Below are positions 61,915-64,000 of a DNA stretch of 64,000 nucleotides, piece after piece (the first letter of the stretch is position 1; each line of letters opens with the position of its first letter). This stretch comes from a virus. The translations under genes were made by a program, and so were the position numbers. The notes under the pieces are model-generated. The model made no database searches. It had not been told where the DNA came from and was given only the letters and a program-made list of their open reading frames with translations. The stretch spans positions 1 to 64,000 of IMG/VR virus record IMGVR_UViG_3300045961_000282; one strand, given 5' to 3'.

Positions 61915-63741
61915 TCACGCGGTGCGCCATGACGCGTTGAGGACGATCCATGCGTCCGTGTTGATCGTGACGCTCGGGTTGCACATCATCTGAACCGTGC
62001 CGCTGGTCTCGAACGAAACCCTTCCCATCGCCCATGCTTCGGGATCGGCCCGGTTGGTCAATACCAGCGCGATCTGGTTCGCCAACTCCGCCGGGCGGTA
62101 CCCGACAGGAACGGTACACAGGACATTGTTGACGTTCCTACCTGTCGTCAACGCCGCGCCCGTCCTACGGAACAGGGCGGAGAAGATGACGATCTGCCCA
62201 ACCCGAGTTACCTTCGCTGCCGCATAGGCGCCCCAGTCTGGGGCATACGCACACTCGACCGTGCCCTTGCCTGCCATTTCGTCGGCGTACGCCTTGGTGG
62301 CCGCATCCTCAGCCACCGAGGGGGTCGCCACTTGGAGTTGGACGAGGTTGCCAAACCCTCCATCCTTGACCTGCATCCGGTTGTTCGACCCCAGACCAAT
62401 GGTTTGGAAGGACACGCCCGGCTTGTGGAACCGAATCCTCGGGTCGGCCGCGTTCTGCACCTCGAAGCCCAGTTGGGCAGTGTTGGTCAACTGCCCAGAC
62501 ATCGTGTCGCCAGTTTCGTTGACCTTACCTGCCAGTGCGGTGGAAACCGCATTCTGACTGGGCGCCTGATCGGTGATGGAGCCCGGAGACATGGAATTGA
62601 TAACTCTGCCGTTGGCATAGGCCTTTGAGGCGTTGACACTCATTGCCCTGTCGGTCTCAGATCCTGCCGAAGTGTTCAGGATTTTTCCGTCGACATATCC
62701 CTTAGTGGCAATTCCAAGATTCGTGGTTGGACTTCCGACAATTTCAATAAGACCAGTTTGATTGCTGATTCTCAAAGCATCGGTGGCCGACGCATAGTCC
62801 TTGCGCCACAGCCGGAACCGCACGTCGCCAGCATCTGCGCCGAGCGAGACTACCTGCGCCACCCACCCCCATCCATCGCGCGCCAACGTCAGGGCCGAAT
62901 CGCCAGTGGGGGACGCGACGGCAAGGGCGTTGGCGTGGCCGCTGGCATCTGCGGTTACTTCGAGTCGAGGGGTTCTCAAAGTTCCGGTCATGCTGTCGCC
63001 ATCGACGTTGACGTACCGCAGGTCGGCCTGCTCCAAGGTCAGACCGCCGCCCGAGTCATCGTCTGTGTCGACCCAGATCTCGATGTTCGGGTCGACAGGC
63101 TGTTCTGCGTCGACCCAGACCTCTTTGACTCCGCCGCCGCTGGATGCCGTGACCGGGATCCACATGTCGTGGTCGGTGGAGTAGACGTGGGTCTTCGCGT
63201 CGCCGTGGGTGACATTGAATACCCGGATGCCGAAGACCTCGCAGGTTGCGCCGCCAAGCAACTCGATGCCGAACTCCTGCGGGGCCTTGTGCATAGAGGT
63301 CAGGGATATGGTTTGTTCCTCGTCCTGAACCTCGGCGAGTTTCCCGCTGACGACGAAACTCTGGGAGACGCGCACCTCGCCAGTCACCTTGCGTACGTCG
63401 AACTCGACGTGGATCGCGTCGCCGTCCTGCCAGCCAGAGGCGTCGTACTGCGCCCGCGCAAGGCCCTTGCTCGCAGGGCCAGTCAGGCGCACCACTCCGC
63501 CGCCCAGAGTCGTCAGAGCGACAGAGTCATAGCCGAATCCAAAGTTCAGTCTCCACTGGGTGGCGTTGGCGCCCCAGCCTGCAGTGATCAGGTTCGGCGC
63601 GATGGGTTCGATCCACACCATGCCCGCGGCGTAGAACTCCGGCGCGCTGGTGCCCACGTAGGGCTCGGCTCCGGCATCCCCCGTCGACACGAGGGGAATC
63701 CACTGGTCCGTGACGGGATCGCGGTACCACAGTTTCGCCAT
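61915..63741 (-). CDS. large tail-fibre-like protein with anchor motif and E-I-W-V-D repeats
   Basis: MAKLWYRDPVTDQWIPLVSTGD; EVWVDAEQPVDPNIEIWVDTDDD; KGYVDGK and KAYADEMAGKG motifs as in 53916..55439. Confidence 0.6.
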   Translation of the reverse strand: MAKLWYRDPVTDQWIPLVSTGDAGAEPYVGTSAPEFYAAGMVWIEPIAPNLITAGWGANATQWRLNFGFGYDSVALTTLGGGVVRLTGPASKGLARAQYDASGWQDGDAIHVEFDVRKVTGEVRVSQSFVVSGKLAEVQDEEQTISLTSMHKAPQEFGIELLGGATCEVFGIRVFNVTHGDAKTHVYSTDHDMWIPVTASSGGGVKEVWVDAEQPVDPNIEIWVDTDDDSGGGLTLEQADLRYVNVDGDSMTGTLRTPRLEVTADASGHANALAVASPTGDSALTLARDGWGWVAQVVSLGADAGDVRFRLWRKDYASATDALRISNQTGLIEIVGSPTTNLGIATKGYVDGKILNTSAGSETDRAMSVNASKAYANGRVINSMSPGSITDQAPSQNAVSTALAGKVNETGDTMSGQLTNTAQLGFEVQNAADPRIRFHKPGVSFQTIGLGSNNRMQVKDGGFGNLVQLQVATPSVAEDAATKAYADEMAGKGTVECAYAPDWGAYAAAKVTRVGQIVIFSALFRRTGAALTTGRNVNNVLCTVPVGYRPAELANQIALVLTNRADPEAWAMGRVSFETSGTVQMMCNPSVTINTDAWIVLNASWRTA

Positions 63742-63834
63742 CAGGTGGGCTCCGATCCTCCAGTTCTGCCGCTCACCGCAGGGTATCGACGCCCACCGCT
63801 GCGGCGGCCCTCAAAACGCGAATCAGCCGTTCAG

Positions 63835-64000
63835 CGGCACCCACCGCGTGCCGTTCCATGCCTTGGCATCCGAGCGCCAGCGGGTGCCGTTCCACATCTG
63901 GATCGGGTCCATCGCAACCCATGCAGAGCCGTTCCATGTCTTTGCTTCAGACTTGTCCTCGGGAACCTGTTGAGGCCCGGCCCATGTCGAGCCGGTGCCG
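63835..64000 (-). CDS. partial CDS (3-prime end) with W-N-G-T-x-W repeats
   Basis: TWNGSAWVAMDPIQMWNGTRWRSDAKAWNGTRWVPLNG*; truncated by the window edge. Confidence 0.4.

Overview
High-GC (about 65-68%) window that reads as one large actinobacteriophage or prophage-like element. About 125 genes, most on the minus strand, are packed into long translationally coupled operons in which 4-nt ATGA/GTGA stop-start overlaps recur dozens of times. Reading in the direction of transcription (64000 down to 1): a roughly 25 kb cluster of tail-fibre-like genes (38.9-64 kb). At least 12 of them share a conserved N-terminal anchor motif (M-x-x-L-x-Y-R-D-P...E-W), and many carry collagen-like G-X-Y repeats, phage tail-collar domains, Ig-like or FN3 domains. 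A free-standing HNH homing endonuclease sits inside this cluster on the opposite strand. Next comes a lysis-like region: a right-handed beta-helix protein followed, after an in-frame TGA, by an M23 peptidase plus peptidoglycan-binding domain, with two small membrane proteins nearby. A replication and recombination module follows: DnaG-zinc-finger/TOPRIM/P-loop primase-helicase, plus-strand endonuclease VII, a plus-strand putative annealase, and a Cas4-like PD-(D/E)xK Fe-S nuclease interrupted by an intein. Other genes include an XRE HTH regulator, an excisionase-like HTH protein, two MazG-like NTP pyrophosphohydrolases (one fused to an RHH domain), a secreted SLT-like transglycosylase, and a plus-strand moron island (dCMP/cytidine-deaminase-like gene plus secreted polysaccharide deacetylase) flanked by a bidirectional terminator. 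A roughly 16 kb early-like region (4.2-24 kb) is made of small genes. It includes a tandem array of at least 15 diversified paralogs (8.9-16.2 kb) sharing the motifs MSDAREQAIEAG, EPIIRADE and ADLRAKVEAL plus an acidic C-tail, interleaved with a Cys3-His subfamily. At the 3-prime end sits a GHKL/MORC-like ATPase plus N4/N6 DNA methyltransferase pair with its own upstream region; the methylase is flanked by 17-bp direct repeats and an AT-rich palindromic island. No integrase, terminase, portal, capsid or tape-measure gene was recognised in this window. No tRNA or CRISPR array was found. Coordinates follow the ORF-table convention (stop codon included); start codons were refined by hand using motif conservation, RBS and ATGA/GTGA coupling.
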